A stretch of 64,000 nucleotides of DNA. Source: a virus. Its lineage: Duplodnaviria > Heunggongvirae > Uroviricota > Caudoviricetes. The stretch spans positions 63,124 to 127,123 of the IMG/VR virus record IMGVR_UViG_3300046096_000179. One strand, given 5' to 3'. Below the pieces are notes generated by a model. That model was not told the origin of the DNA, did not search any database, and worked only from the letters and a program-made list of their open reading frames with translations. Made by a program: the position numbers and the translations under genes. Below, piece by piece: positions 44,903-53,868 of this stretch (positions are counted from its first letter, which is position 1; the number at the start of each line of letters is the position of its first letter).

Positions 44903-45382
44903 TCAGAGGTTTTGAAGTTTAGCAAATGCTTCTTGGAAATAGTCATAGTTCCCATAAATCCATACAAATGGGGGCTCTGTTGTCTGGTGAGTAAGATTGT
45001 TATCCAATTCACCGATCCAGTAGAAACCATCCGGTGATTTCAGAATTGCATATCCCAGTTGTTCAAACATGACTTCTGACACCGTTTGTTTATCTTCGCA
45101 GCAAGCGCCAACATGCTCAGACGTTTCTTCCAGTTGATAAGACTTGACATGGTAGTCAAGGTTTCCCTTGATAGTCAGCAATCCGCGCAGGTATCCCTCA
45201 TTCTCCAAAGAATTGTGAGTCAGTCCCTGTTGAGCATAGTCAGCTTGAATTTCCTTGGCGTCGGCAATCAGCCGGTCCAAGTCAAACTTGATCGCCTCAC
45301 AGACGTTGCGATAGTCATCGTTGACTTTGATTGTTCCTGTGCGTTGGTAGTCAACGCCATTGATCGTGATTGTGTCTTGCAT
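44903..45382 (-). CDS. hypothetical protein
   Basis: 159 aa. Confidence 0.5.
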   Translation of the reverse strand: MQDTITINGVDYQRTGTIKVNDDYRNVCEAIKFDLDRLIADAKEIQADYAQQGLTHNSLENEGYLRGLLTIKGNLDYHVKSYQLEETSEHVGACCEDKQTVSEVMFEQLGYAILKSPDGFYWIGELDNNLTHQTTEPPFVWIYGNYDYFQEAFAKLQNL

Positions 45383-45745
45383 TTATTTTGCCTCAATTGA
45401 AAAATGGTTTTTGTGTTGAACGATTTTCTGACCTTGCTTCTCGATCATCTTTACGACCACTTGAGGAATCGCATAGATACACCACCGGACATGACCGGGA
45501 ATGTTCTGAACAACTGGCAGCTTCTTGCTTGGCTTGCCGGATGCAGTCAACTGTTGAGTGATGATCCGTTTGGCTCGATGCTTCTCCTTGGTGTAAAAGA
45601 GATTAGTATTGTTCTTATAGCTATTAATTGACGCATCAGCAACCGCCATACGAAAATTATGATCGGTCATTGGGCGATTCACGAAGTCAAAACCATCGCT
45701 GGATTTCACTAAGAATTGGCGGAGGTCAAGTTTGATAGAAGCCAT
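45383..45745 (-). CDS. hypothetical protein
   Basis: Start MASIKLDL directly after a minus-strand cassette variant (gagttacaattcagtcacc...aaaggttctactacatcATG). Confidence 0.5.
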   Translation of the reverse strand: MASIKLDLRQFLVKSSDGFDFVNRPMTDHNFRMAVADASINSYKNNTNLFYTKEKHRAKRIITQQLTASGKPSKKLPVVQNIPGHVRWCIYAIPQVVVKMIEKQGQKIVQHKNHFSIEAK

Positions 45746-45916
45746 GATGTAGTAGAACCTTTCGTTGGGTTGGTGACTGAATTGTAACTCAGTTTTCTTC
45801 CCTGTGCAAGTTCTTCTGTTCTTTTTTCTTGTTTTTGTGCTTACCCGCCCCAGTTTTCTTGACAACCAGAGGAACCAAGAAGTTTCTATGGGGCAGTTTC
45901 CTTAGTTTCTTTTGCT

Positions 45917-46576
45917 TCATCGGTGACCTCCAACATAAGACATCCAGTCGAAATAATGGATGATTCCCACCGATGCAAACTCGGAGTTCTCTGCATAGTA
46001 ATATGTCGTTGCCGAACCATCAATGACGATTTTCCAGTATCCAGCCGGAATTGGAATCTTACCGCCCAGCATTGACGGAAACGCCTCATACGCCGGGATC
46101 GTGACGATCCATAGGTCATCCCCTGACTTCTGCCAGCGGGCGCGTATAAGCGATTCTAATGCCTTCCATGAGCCTCTGTTCAACTTTGGGTGCTGAGGCG
46201 TCACGTTGCTCATCCAGTAGGTCTCCAGAGCCTCCTGTGGATCGGATGCATTATCTGCCGCTGCCAAATGTCCCCGGTCGTATCCGCTGTTGGTATACAT
46301 GGATGGGGAATGATTCACCGACAAGCGGCGATCCACTCGGAAGTTTCCATAGCGCATGGTTGAGCCAACAGCAACATCACTCCTGAGCTTTTCGGATGTC
46401 AGGACTGGATGATTGTTCTGCTGGTCATACAGAACCACATAGAACCGATTACAGAGTTCGGTGGTTGATGGGACGGTTACCGGGTGGCTGTTTGGATACA
46501 GGTCAGGACATGATGACGCATGGATCAGTGAAGACGCCAGTCCAATGATTGCCGCAATGATTGATTTCTTTAGCAT
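45917..46576 (-). CDS. signal-peptide-bearing non-specific DNA/RNA endonuclease (Serratia NucA family)
   Basis: Signal peptide MLKKSIIAAIIGLASSLIHA; catalytic motif DRGHLAA. Confidence 0.75.
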   Translation of the reverse strand: MLKKSIIAAIIGLASSLIHASSCPDLYPNSHPVTVPSTTELCNRFYVVLYDQQNNHPVLTSEKLRSDVAVGSTMRYGNFRVDRRLSVNHSPSMYTNSGYDRGHLAAADNASDPQEALETYWMSNVTPQHPKLNRGSWKALESLIRARWQKSGDDLWIVTIPAYEAFPSMLGGKIPIPAGYWKIVIDGSATTYYYAENSEFASVGIIHYFDWMSYVGGHR

Positions 46577-46845
46577 TGAGTCTTTTTCTGTTGCTTCAGT
46601 TTAGTCAGAATGCTGACAATCGTTTTCTTTTCGACTTGGAACTTTCGCAGAACATCGCGCCATTCATTCATGTTCTTGAATGCACCATCGGTGTCATGGT
46701 CACCCTTCTTGGCAACATCGCAATCCATGTTCAGATCCTGAATATGTTCTTTGATGTCATATACACCAACCTCAAGATGCCGCAAGACACCCTTCAGTTG
46801 AGATTCGATAAGAGCAATTTCCTTGCCGTTCAGGTTATGTTTCAT
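46570..46845 (-). CDS. hypothetical protein
   Basis: 91 aa. Confidence 0.45.
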   Translation of the reverse strand: MKHNLNGKEIALIESQLKGVLRHLEVGVYDIKEHIQDLNMDCDVAKKGDHDTDGAFKNMNEWRDVLRKFQVEKKTIVSILTKLKQQKKTQC

Positions 46846-47092
46846 TTGCAGTTTCTAAGTTTGGGTTGATTTTAACCTTTCTAATTTCCATTTTCCCACG
46901 AATTTTCTCATGGAGGAAGAAGAAAATATCATGTGAACCTGATGTTGCATTCGCATGTTGATTTCTTAGATCAGATTCCCTAGAAAATTTGTCAATTGCA
47001 TTTTTACGCCCCGGTGCATATTCTAACCCATCCCAGTAGTTTGCTTTGATGAATTCAATAGCTTCGTCGATGTTTTTAAATTCATGTTTCAT
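46835..47092 (-). CDS. hypothetical protein, paralogue of 47082..47330
   Basis: MKHEFKNIDEAIEFIKANYW vs MKPEFKTIDDAIAYIKKTYW. Confidence 0.5.
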   Translation of the reverse strand: MKHEFKNIDEAIEFIKANYWDGLEYAPGRKNAIDKFSRESDLRNQHANATSGSHDIFFFLHEKIRGKMEIRKVKINPNLETANET

Positions 47093-47330
47093 CTGTGGAC
47101 ACAATGTTTGGGTTGATCTTGGCACTTTTGATAGTCACTGCTAGGGTGATTGCATCACGAACAAGAAAGTGAATGTATGACGAGCCGGATTTATATTGCT
47201 TCGCCAATCCACCAATGCACGAAAACTCGCCATCTGAGTTATGATTACCAAAAGAATGATCATTGCCTCCCCAGTAGGTTTTCTTGATGTAGGCAATGGC
47301 GTCGTCAATGGTTTTGAATTCAGGTTTCAA
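47082..47330 (-). CDS. hypothetical protein, paralogue of 46835..47092
   Basis: See the paralogue. Confidence 0.5.
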   Translation of the reverse strand: MKPEFKTIDDAIAYIKKTYWGGNDHSFGNHNSDGEFSCIGGLAKQYKSGSSYIHFLVRDAITLAVTIKSAKINPNIVSTDET

Positions 47331-47467
47331 TTGTTTGTTTCCATTGCCAAGTCTCTGGCTTCACGTTCTGAATCTGCTTCCACTTCGACTTCTTCCGAGT
47401 AGGTGTAGATTTTCTTTACAATGAAAGTTGGCATAATGTAGTTTCCTTGTTTGATGACTCTATTGTA

Positions 47468-47797
47468 TCACAGAAAATGTCGGCGATTCACCAAGCAAAC
47501 ACTCATCGTTTTCCCGCCATTGACAGAATGGACTTCCCATCCTTCAAATTCAGGGAAGTAGATTTCCGTCCAGTTGGAATCGTCATTGCCATCAGAGATC
47601 AGCATTGATGGGAAGAACGTCAACTTTCCGTCAGTCATCACGGAACGACAAGGAGTTTCGCAGTAGGCGCGTCCAGTATTACCCCATCCATCCAAACAGA
47701 AAGCAACGACGTTATCAGCCCGGATGACCATGTAGCCTTCTTCACCAACAACGGCATCGCCTTGATGATTAACTGTAACTTTGATCGTATTGGACAT
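47468..47797 (-). CDS. hypothetical protein
   Basis: Minus-strand cassette immediately upstream (47798..47850). Confidence 0.5.
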   Translation of the reverse strand: MSNTIKVTVNHQGDAVVGEEGYMVIRADNVVAFCLDGWGNTGRAYCETPCRSVMTDGKLTFFPSMLISDGNDDSNWTEIYFPEFEGWEVHSVNGGKTMSVCLVNRRHFL

Positions 47798-47850
47798 GAT
47801 GTGGTTCCTTGTTTCGATGGTTCTATTGTATCACAGAAAATCAACTGTAG
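47798..47850 (-). promoter_or_regulatory. promoter-leader cassette (minus strand)
   Basis: Reverse complement is ctacagttgattttctgtgatacaatagaaccatcgaaacaaggaaccacatcATG. Confidence 0.6.
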
Positions 47851-47855
47851 TCGAT

Positions 47856-48401
47856 TCAAGTCCACAGACTTCTGTAGTATTTTCCGAACAATCTCAAACC
47901 ATTGGCGATTCGTTTCTGTCGCTGATCATGTTTAACAAACTCTCCATTCAGAATCATCTCAGTTTCTTCATCGTCACAAACAATCTGCTCAAATGTCCAG
48001 ATCATCTCATCAAGAATCCACACCCACCGCGCATGGAAATGCCCATCGGTGTGATAGTCGTCCTCTGCAGGGAGTAGAGTCGAGTGTAGCCAGATTGGTA
48101 CATCAGAGTCCTCTGTGTATGGAGAGCCGTGCTTCTGTTCTTTGAGCTTTTTCAGCATTGGTAAGATGATGAGCGCCAGAGTGTGATCGGTATTCCAAGT
48201 ATCAAAGTCATCGATCCGAACATCAATCTTTCGCTTCTTCTTAGAATGCACCCACTCACAGAAGTCATTGAGCCAAGTCTCGGATAGCCATTCACCAAAC
48301 GCGTAAACACGGTCATCTTCCTTGTCCATCCAGAACAGAAGTATTCCGGCTATCTGGTATGGCCCATACCAAGTGGTGTAGTTTGAGATTTTAACTTTCA
48401 T
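47856..48401 (-). CDS. hypothetical protein
   Basis: 181 aa. Confidence 0.5.
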   Translation of the reverse strand: MKVKISNYTTWYGPYQIAGILLFWMDKEDDRVYAFGEWLSETWLNDFCEWVHSKKKRKIDVRIDDFDTWNTDHTLALIILPMLKKLKEQKHGSPYTEDSDVPIWLHSTLLPAEDDYHTDGHFHARWVWILDEMIWTFEQIVCDDEETEMILNGEFVKHDQRQKRIANGLRLFGKYYRSLWT

Positions 48402-48419
48402 TATATTGTAGTAGGGAAA

Positions 48420-49745
48420 CCTAACCGTCTTTAGCTGTTAGGAGGAATTGCGAAAGGGTAAATAGTGACATGGAACAACTCAAAGCATTCAAATATAGAA
48501 TCTATCCGACAGCAGATCAAATCAATCGGTTGTCACGGTTCTTTGGTGCAAAGCGTTGGGTCTATAATCACTTCTTGAAGTCTAACACTGAACGCTACAA
48601 AAATCAAGAGAAGCATCTATCTAATTTTGATTGTAACAAAGAAATCACATTCCTCAAGAAAAATGCTGATACATCTTGGTTGAAAGATGTTGACGATTGG
48701 GTCTTGAAACATGCTTCAGAGGACTTGGCAACAGCCTACAAAAACTTCTTTGCTTCTATTACTGGTAAGCGCAAGGGACCGAAAGTTGAACTCCCGACGT
48801 TCAAGAAGAAGTCAAACAGACAATCATACCGGACTCGCGGCGTGAAGGTTGATTTTGAAAATGGCACATTCACTGTGCCGAAAATCAAAAACATACCATG
48901 CAAGTTCCATCGACATTTCCTTGGAACTATCAAGAACGCAACCATCTCCAAAACTCCTGATGGGAAGTATTTCGTTTCATTCTTGGTTGATGCCAACGTC
49001 GCATTGCTGCCACAAACAGAGCGCGAAGTTGGCATTGACTTTGGGATTAAATCATTGGCGGTTCTATCCACCGGACATGAAATTCAGCCATTGAACACAC
49101 AGCTTGAGAAAATCAATCGAGCTATCAAACGTGCTCAGAGAATCCTTGCACGAAAAACAAAGGGTTCGACGAACAGAGAGAAGCAACGAGTATTACTGGC
49201 TAAATTATTTGCCCGGAAGACTCGAATACGCGAACACTATTATCACGAGATTTCGAGTTTTTTGGTCAAGAACTTTGATGCAATTTACTTGGAATCACTG
49301 AATATCAAAGGGATGATGAAGAACAGGAAACTGTCCAGAGCAATCCAAGAATGCTCGTGGTTTTCGCTGATCTCAAAAATATCATACAAATCCAACTTCT
49401 ACGGTAAGACCTTTCACCAGATTTCCAGATGGTTCCCATCATCCAAGACTTGTTCTTGTTGTGGGTTCAAACTGGACAAGTTAAGCCTTGACGTTCGTGA
49501 ATGGTCGTGCCAATCTTGTGGAACACATCATGATCGTGACCTAAACGCTGCCGTGAATATCCTATACCAAGGGCAGATGGATTTGTATGAACAAAAACAA
49601 CCGCAGGAAACAGGCGGTTTGGAACTAAAAATTCCATATTCCTTGCAGAAACATACCACTAAAATCGAGAGATCAGCGGAAGAAATTGCCGTTGTTGGTA
49701 TGTGGAGCAGGAAAGCCTAACAGTCTTTAGCTGTTAGGTAGTTTA
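48420..49745 (+). mobile_element. IS200/IS605-family insertion sequence carrying only tnpB (IS1341-like)
   Basis: Terminal palindromes cctaaccgtctttagctgttagg (48420..48442) and cctaacagtctttagctgttagg (49716..49738) flank an intact tnpB; same ends found on the MITE at 39144..39371. Confidence 0.7.
48470..49720 (+). CDS. tnpB: TnpB (OrfB_IS605 RNA-guided RuvC-like nuclease)
   Basis: N-terminal AFKYRIYPT...FG..RWVYN; RuvC-I GIDFGIK; RuvC-II YLESLN; zinc finger CSCCGFK...CQSCG; RuvC-III HHDRDLNAAVNI. Confidence 0.85.
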   Translation: MEQLKAFKYRIYPTADQINRLSRFFGAKRWVYNHFLKSNTERYKNQEKHLSNFDCNKEITFLKKNADTSWLKDVDDWVLKHASEDLATAYKNFFASITGKRKGPKVELPTFKKKSNRQSYRTRGVKVDFENGTFTVPKIKNIPCKFHRHFLGTIKNATISKTPDGKYFVSFLVDANVALLPQTEREVGIDFGIKSLAVLSTGHEIQPLNTQLEKINRAIKRAQRILARKTKGSTNREKQRVLLAKLFARKTRIREHYYHEISSFLVKNFDAIYLESLNIKGMMKNRKLSRAIQECSWFSLISKISYKSNFYGKTFHQISRWFPSSKTCSCCGFKLDKLSLDVREWSCQSCGTHHDRDLNAAVNILYQGQMDLYEQKQPQETGGLELKIPYSLQKHTTKIERSAEEIAVVGMWSRKA

Positions 49746-49897
49746 CTTTTGATGTTGTTTAGAGATTCATAGATGTCATCATACATTTTGCTACATTCTC
49801 GAATGAAGAAGTAGACTGTCGGCGGTGGTCTACCTACACGAAACCCCAATCGGAATGGCTTGACCCATCGACTACCGATTCTTGGTAGATCATTCAC
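49727..49897 (-). CDS. DLP-leader family (GTG start (M)NDLPRI...) ending ...KLPNS-stop inside the IS right-end palindrome
   Basis: Stop TAA lies in ctacctaacagcTAAagactgttagg (reverse complement of 49716..49745). Confidence 0.4.
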   Translation of the reverse strand: MNDLPRIGSRWVKPFRLGFRVGRPPPTVYFFIRECSKMYDDIYESLNNIKSKLPNS

Positions 49898-50043
49898 TCG
49901 CATTTGGTTGACCTTAATATTGACTCGATTTTGTTTTGCATGTCGTGCAAATCCTCACAGTAGCTTGGATAAGCAATCCTGTTGTCTATCTCAACTAGAA
50001 CGTTAACATAAACATGAATCTTAGGTAATTCAGAGGTCTTCAT
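49894..50043 (-). CDS. DLP-leader family (MKTSELPKIHVY...)
   Basis: ATGAAGACCTCTGA overlap with the upstream stop. Confidence 0.45.
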   Translation of the reverse strand: MKTSELPKIHVYVNVLVEIDNRIAYPSYCEDLHDMQNKIESILRSTKCE

Positions 50044-50194
50044 TGATTTTAACCAAGTTGACAGTTGACTCGTTGATACCAGCCCTTGCTACAGCACAAC
50101 CTCCCGGCGGTAACGGATAAGGCCACCACCATTGAATGAACAATAGCAATATACTATCGTGTTCGTGAATCTTTGGAAGGTCAGAAATTCTCAT
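50030..50194 (-). CDS. DLP-leader family (MRISDLPKI...)
   Basis: Internal start at M54 of track ORF 50030..50353. Confidence 0.45.
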   Translation of the reverse strand: MRISDLPKIHEHDSILLLFIQWWWPYPLPPGGCAVARAGINESTVNLVKINEDL

Positions 50195-50204
50195 TCGATT
50201 CGAT

Positions 50205-50357
50205 CTACGTTGAGACTGTATGGTTTGAGCCAACGAAATGTTCCATGATTCCAAAGAAAGTGGCTCGGAAATAAAGAATATTTCCACTACCACATACCTC
50301 TCCCATGACTTTAAATCTTGCCCAACCGGTATGACCGATCTTTGGTAGTTCACTCAA
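50205..50357 (-). CDS. DLP-leader family, TTG-start variant ((M)SELPKIG...)
   Basis: ttgagtgaactaccaaagatcgg, same as the plus-strand variant at 29132. Confidence 0.35.
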   Translation of the reverse strand: MSELPKIGHTGWARFKVMGEVCGSGNILYFRATFFGIMEHFVGSNHTVST

Positions 50358-50517
50358 TTTCACAATGCTTCGTCAAGTTGATTTTGGAATCCATCATCCC
50401 ACCCAATGCAAGTTTAAACATTGATATTCCGCCAATGTAGATGGTATACCCGATTCCGTGCTTTATATCCAAGGAAATACCATCTATGTGAATCTTTGGT
50501 ATTTCAGAAGTCTTCAT
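50350..50517 (-). CDS. DLP-leader family (MKTSEIPKI...)
   Basis: aaaATGAagacttctgaaatacc; ATGA overlap with the cupin gene stop. Confidence 0.45.
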   Translation of the reverse strand: MKTSEIPKIHIDGISLDIKHGIGYTIYIGGISMFKLALGGMMDSKINLTKHCEIE

Positions 50518-51038
50518 TTTTGTTTTGGAACATCAAACACCAGAGTCAGTCTATCCACGTCAGACACATTCTTGGCGCTATGGGGCTTCTTGTTGTCAAA
50601 CCAGAAGAAAGTCCCCGGCCTGATTATACGCGATTCTCCATCCACTGTATATTCATAATCCCCCTGAATGGACAGATGGTATCTATCCCGAGTCAGATAG
50701 TATGCGCCATCATCAATATGGGTAGACACAGCACCGCCGGGAGGCAGACGAAAGAATGCACACCGGGAGATGTTCTTCAGACCATACCGAGCCCAGAATG
50801 CATGCACCGATGGGAACAGTTTATATGCCCGTGTATTGGCCTGAAGTTCAGAGTCCTTGATGTTATCTCCGGGATTCTGGATAGCGCCCATGATCAGAGG
50901 CAGGAAACCGGGTGGGTTCTTATCACCACCAATGTTCTGCATCTGACTGACCATGCTCCACATAGAGGAATTCTGCTCAAGTTGAATCAGGATGTCCTGA
51001 ATCGGCTCTTGCATGGATATGATGCGAAAATTATTCAT
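50514..51038 (-). CDS. cupin-fold protein, possibly an Asp/Asn beta-hydroxylase-like oxygenase (tentative)
   Basis: RLPPGGAVSTHIDDGAYYL...KPHSAKN suggests an HxD...H metal site. Confidence 0.4.
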   Translation of the reverse strand: MNNFRIISMQEPIQDILIQLEQNSSMWSMVSQMQNIGGDKNPPGFLPLIMGAIQNPGDNIKDSELQANTRAYKLFPSVHAFWARYGLKNISRCAFFRLPPGGAVSTHIDDGAYYLTRDRYHLSIQGDYEYTVDGESRIIRPGTFFWFDNKKPHSAKNVSDVDRLTLVFDVPKQK

Positions 51039-51063
51039 TTGATTGGTGGCTTTACTAAGTTTA

Positions 51064-51228
51064 TCACAGAGAATCGCCCAATGCTGCTAACTGAAGCATA
51101 ATTGCTTTACCACCAAGGAGTTCTTTGGCTGCTATGCAATAGATGATGGTATTTTCAGAAAATGTAAACTTACATTCAAAAATGTCTTGGATGTGATAAT
51201 TGTTTGATGGCAGGTCACTCACTCGCAT
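51064..51228 (-). CDS. DLP-leader family (MRVSDLPSN...)
   Basis: Internal start M33 of track ORF 51064..51324. Confidence 0.45.
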   Translation of the reverse strand: MRVSDLPSNNYHIQDIFECKFTFSENTIIYCIAAKELLGGKAIMLQLAALGDSL

Positions 51229-51389
51229 TGGATTCAAGCTCTTCAATTCGATTTGCTGCTTCCTCCAGCAGTGAAGCCAACCGATCCGACTCTCCATTCT
51301 GGACAGACCGGCGACCAACAGCATTCTTACGAATTTCGGCTCGGATTCTTAGCTTCTGAACAAGAGATTGCGTATCAAATGGTGGGTAA

Positions 51390-51671
51390 TCACGACCAAC
51401 CATACTTTGCCTTCAGTTGAACGTAGGTTTTCCGATCAATCACTTCCTGCAAAAGATACCGTTGTGTATACTCAGTCATTTCTTCTGGCGTCATGTCTCG
51501 CTCACCACGAAAAGAAACCAATCCATGTTCAACATCATCAACCAACACGTTAGTCAATCCTTTATAACACATTTCATTCTTCACCGAAATGAAATTGTCA
51601 ATCGTTGCTGAGATGTCAGCACCAATTTCGATGTAGACGGTTTTGTAGTTACTGATTTTTGGATAGTTCAT
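51390..51671 (-). CDS. hypothetical protein
   Basis: 93 aa. Confidence 0.5.
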   Translation of the reverse strand: MNYPKISNYKTVYIEIGADISATIDNFISVKNEMCYKGLTNVLVDDVEHGLVSFRGERDMTPEEMTEYTQRYLLQEVIDRKTYVQLKAKYGWS

Positions 51672-52033
51672 TCAATGTCCCCACGGTTAATGCAGCGCAA
51701 TGCGTTGCGGTGTTGTTCTGCGGCTTCTTTGGTTCGGTGGGCCACGCCTTCGGCTATTACCTTTTCAATCCCTGCTTTAGAACAAAGATACTGAACTCCA
51801 CAATTATCGAATGTCCAAACATCACTCTTGATCGGAACCTCTTTAAGCGGTTCCTGCCATTCATGGCGACCTACGCGAATCATTTTAACTTCTGAGGGCT
51901 TGCTTCGGCATTCAACGTTTTTATGGAATGATGGTGACAGTGTGTCAACCCACCCCCAGTGTTCTTTGATTTGAATTTTAATCGTGCAGTCGTCTGCATA
52001 GGCTTTCATCAATTCGGCATGTGGGTGTTTCAT
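51668..52033 (-). CDS. hypothetical protein
   Basis: Minus-strand cassette variant (ttacaatagaacc) upstream. Confidence 0.5.
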   Translation of the reverse strand: MKHPHAELMKAYADDCTIKIQIKEHWGWVDTLSPSFHKNVECRSKPSEVKMIRVGRHEWQEPLKEVPIKSDVWTFDNCGVQYLCSKAGIEKVIAEGVAHRTKEAAEQHRNALRCINRGDIE

Positions 52034-52092
52034 GATTTAGGTTCCTTTTGTTGGTTTAGATGGTTCTATTGTAACACCAAAATCAACTGTAG

Positions 52093-52551
52093 TCAATCTC
52101 TACACAAAAACTTTTCCATGAACACTCCCTTTATGCTCTTGGAGTCGTCCTCAACTCCAAGTTCCTTGACCACCTTGGACATGACCAACTCGTTTGGCAA
52201 CCGAGATTTCTTTTCCAAGGTGAACCCAATCTTCTCTCCGGCAATAGCAACCGCAGAGCTACGACAGACTCCTGCATAGCAATGGACAACCACATCCCAT
52301 CCATTCCTATAACTGTTCAACAGGATGTTTGCAATTCTCTTGGCATCATCGTTTGTAATGGCGTTGTGATTGTTTTTGTCTTCTGTATCCTCGAAGATGA
52401 ATCGACAGACATATTTGAATTCATCTGGTGGTCGAGGAAACTGTCCTTCATCCTCATCAAGAATCTGGATTAAGACTGTATTCTTTGTGTCAGTGACAAC
52501 ATAATTTCCTTTTTGGATGTCATCCTTGGAATAGTGTTGGATCGTTGGCAT
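52093..52551 (-). CDS. Cys-based protein phosphatase (CX5R), paralogue 2
   Basis: VVHCYAGVCRSSAVA. Confidence 0.7.
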   Translation of the reverse strand: MPTIQHYSKDDIQKGNYVVTDTKNTVLIQILDEDEGQFPRPPDEFKYVCRFIFEDTEDKNNHNAITNDDAKRIANILLNSYRNGWDVVVHCYAGVCRSSAVAIAGEKIGFTLEKKSRLPNELVMSKVVKELGVEDDSKSIKGVFMEKFLCRD

Positions 52552-52867
52552 TATGTTCTTTCAGGAATGTTTCGATGTGGCGTAGCGCGTCTTCAGCTTG
52601 ACATGCCGAACAGTCGCTAACATATTGAGCGTCGCATTGTACTCTGGAAATGATATCACGGATGAACTCAATCGACGTTTGGTTGCTCTGTTGAACAGGA
52701 GCAAGAACAAACCCGCCATTCACGGCAGGGTCTGTTGCAACGTCAATGTGCCAGTTGATCAGTTCATCAAGTTTCTTCTTGGCTTTATCGTAACTGTCAG
52801 AAGAATCAGCAATTCCAAGATGAGCAGAAACGAGTTCTGTGTCAACGGCTCTTTGATATGGGTTCAT
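52520..52867 (-). CDS. hypothetical protein
   Basis: 115 aa. Confidence 0.5.
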   Translation of the reverse strand: MNPYQRAVDTELVSAHLGIADSSDSYDKAKKKLDELINWHIDVATDPAVNGGFVLAPVQQSNQTSIEFIRDIISRVQCDAQYVSDCSACQAEDALRHIETFLKEHNANDPTLFQG

Positions 52868-52944
52868 TTCAATTCTTTCAAGATTTCATTGCACATTTCG
52901 AGACAATAATCGACTTTCCTTCGTGTGGTTTCGATGGCGCGGGA

Positions 52945-53289
52945 TCATCTGGCCGGATACCTTGGCACCATATCCACATAGAAACGTTCGTTCATCGGCT
53001 TGTGCGAATCTGCTACCGGAAGTTGTGACGGCGTTTGTGCTGAAGGTTTGTCAAAGACCATCTTGGTTACAAATTCCAATGAATTATTAGCTGCGGCAAT
53101 TGATTCTTGAATCTGCATATGTCGCTCGATTTCTATAACTACCCGAGACCACACCGGTGAGTGTAATAGAATTGCATGGACGTACCCACGCGAATCTGGT
53201 TCAGCCCCATGTGCTACTTGCTGGTCTGGGTCAATACCGCGCAGCTTACACAGATGACGGGCTGCTTTCTCAAGTTGTTCTGGGGTCAT
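52945..53289 (-). CDS. hypothetical protein in a GC-rich island
   Basis: High GC; shares 16-nt repeat ggtttcgatggcgcgg with the next gene. Confidence 0.45.
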   Translation of the reverse strand: MTPEQLEKAARHLCKLRGIDPDQQVAHGAEPDSRGYVHAILLHSPVWSRVVIEIERHMQIQESIAAANNSLEFVTKMVFDKPSAQTPSQLPVADSHKPMNERFYVDMVPRYPAR

Positions 53290-53807
53290 TCCTGTACTCC
53301 AAACTGTTTGCGTACTGCGGTTTCGATGGCGCGGGCGAACTTTGTTGGGGCATAGGTAAAGTCAACCTGCTCCATGACCTGCGAAAGCTGTTCATCCGTC
53401 AACCGTGGCGGTGTTTGCGCTGGGGGTGCGGGGGTTAACGCTTGACGCACAGCCGCATCCAATTCTTCATGCGCCGTGCGCTTCAGGTTGGTGCTGCCTG
53501 TCAGGTGTGCGTCCCGGAAGTCATAGGCGGCACCCATGATTGAGCCGTACACCGATTCATCATCAGCGTGTGTTTGCGCTGGGGGTGCGGCGGCGTACAG
53601 TTCAGTGCCATTCTTCATCTCGTCGTAAAGCTGCACAAGCGAACCATCCGCACACTCTCCGATGTATTTCGCCGCCGGCTCCCCCGGCTTCAGCGCAGCC
53701 TCAAGGGCTGTACGGAGTTCCGACTCTGCTCTTGTCTTTGCTCCAATGCTGAGAGCGTTAGCCATTGCCCAAGCCAGCACCATCAAATCGTCAATTTGTT
53801 TGGTCAT
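53286..53807 (-). CDS. hypothetical Ala/Pro-rich protein in a GC-rich island
   Basis: High GC; internal nucleotide repeat gtttgcgctgggggtgcgg at about 53418 and 53566; cassette upstream (53808..53868). Confidence 0.5.
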   Translation of the reverse strand: MTKQIDDLMVLAWAMANALSIGAKTRAESELRTALEAALKPGEPAAKYIGECADGSLVQLYDEMKNGTELYAAAPPAQTHADDESVYGSIMGAAYDFRDAHLTGSTNLKRTAHEELDAAVRQALTPAPPAQTPPRLTDEQLSQVMEQVDFTYAPTKFARAIETAVRKQFGVQE

Positions 53808-53868
53808 AATAAAGTTCCCTTTGTTTCGATGGTTCTATTGTATCGCAGAAAAATCAAATGTAGTCAAT
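53808..53868 (-). promoter_or_regulatory. promoter-leader cassette (minus strand)
   Basis: Reverse complement is ctacatttgatttttctgcgatacaatagaaccatcgaaacaaagggaactttattATG. Confidence 0.55.

Noticed and set aside
50421-51101. 226-aa plus-strand ORF
   Set aside because: It is antisense to the minus-strand cupin gene and DLP members that show ATGA coupling.
51215-51403. 62-aa minus-strand ORF
   Set aside because: It overlaps the DLP member 51064..51228 and the 3' end of 51390..51671, and it has no leader or cassette. Low confidence, so it is not listed as a feature.
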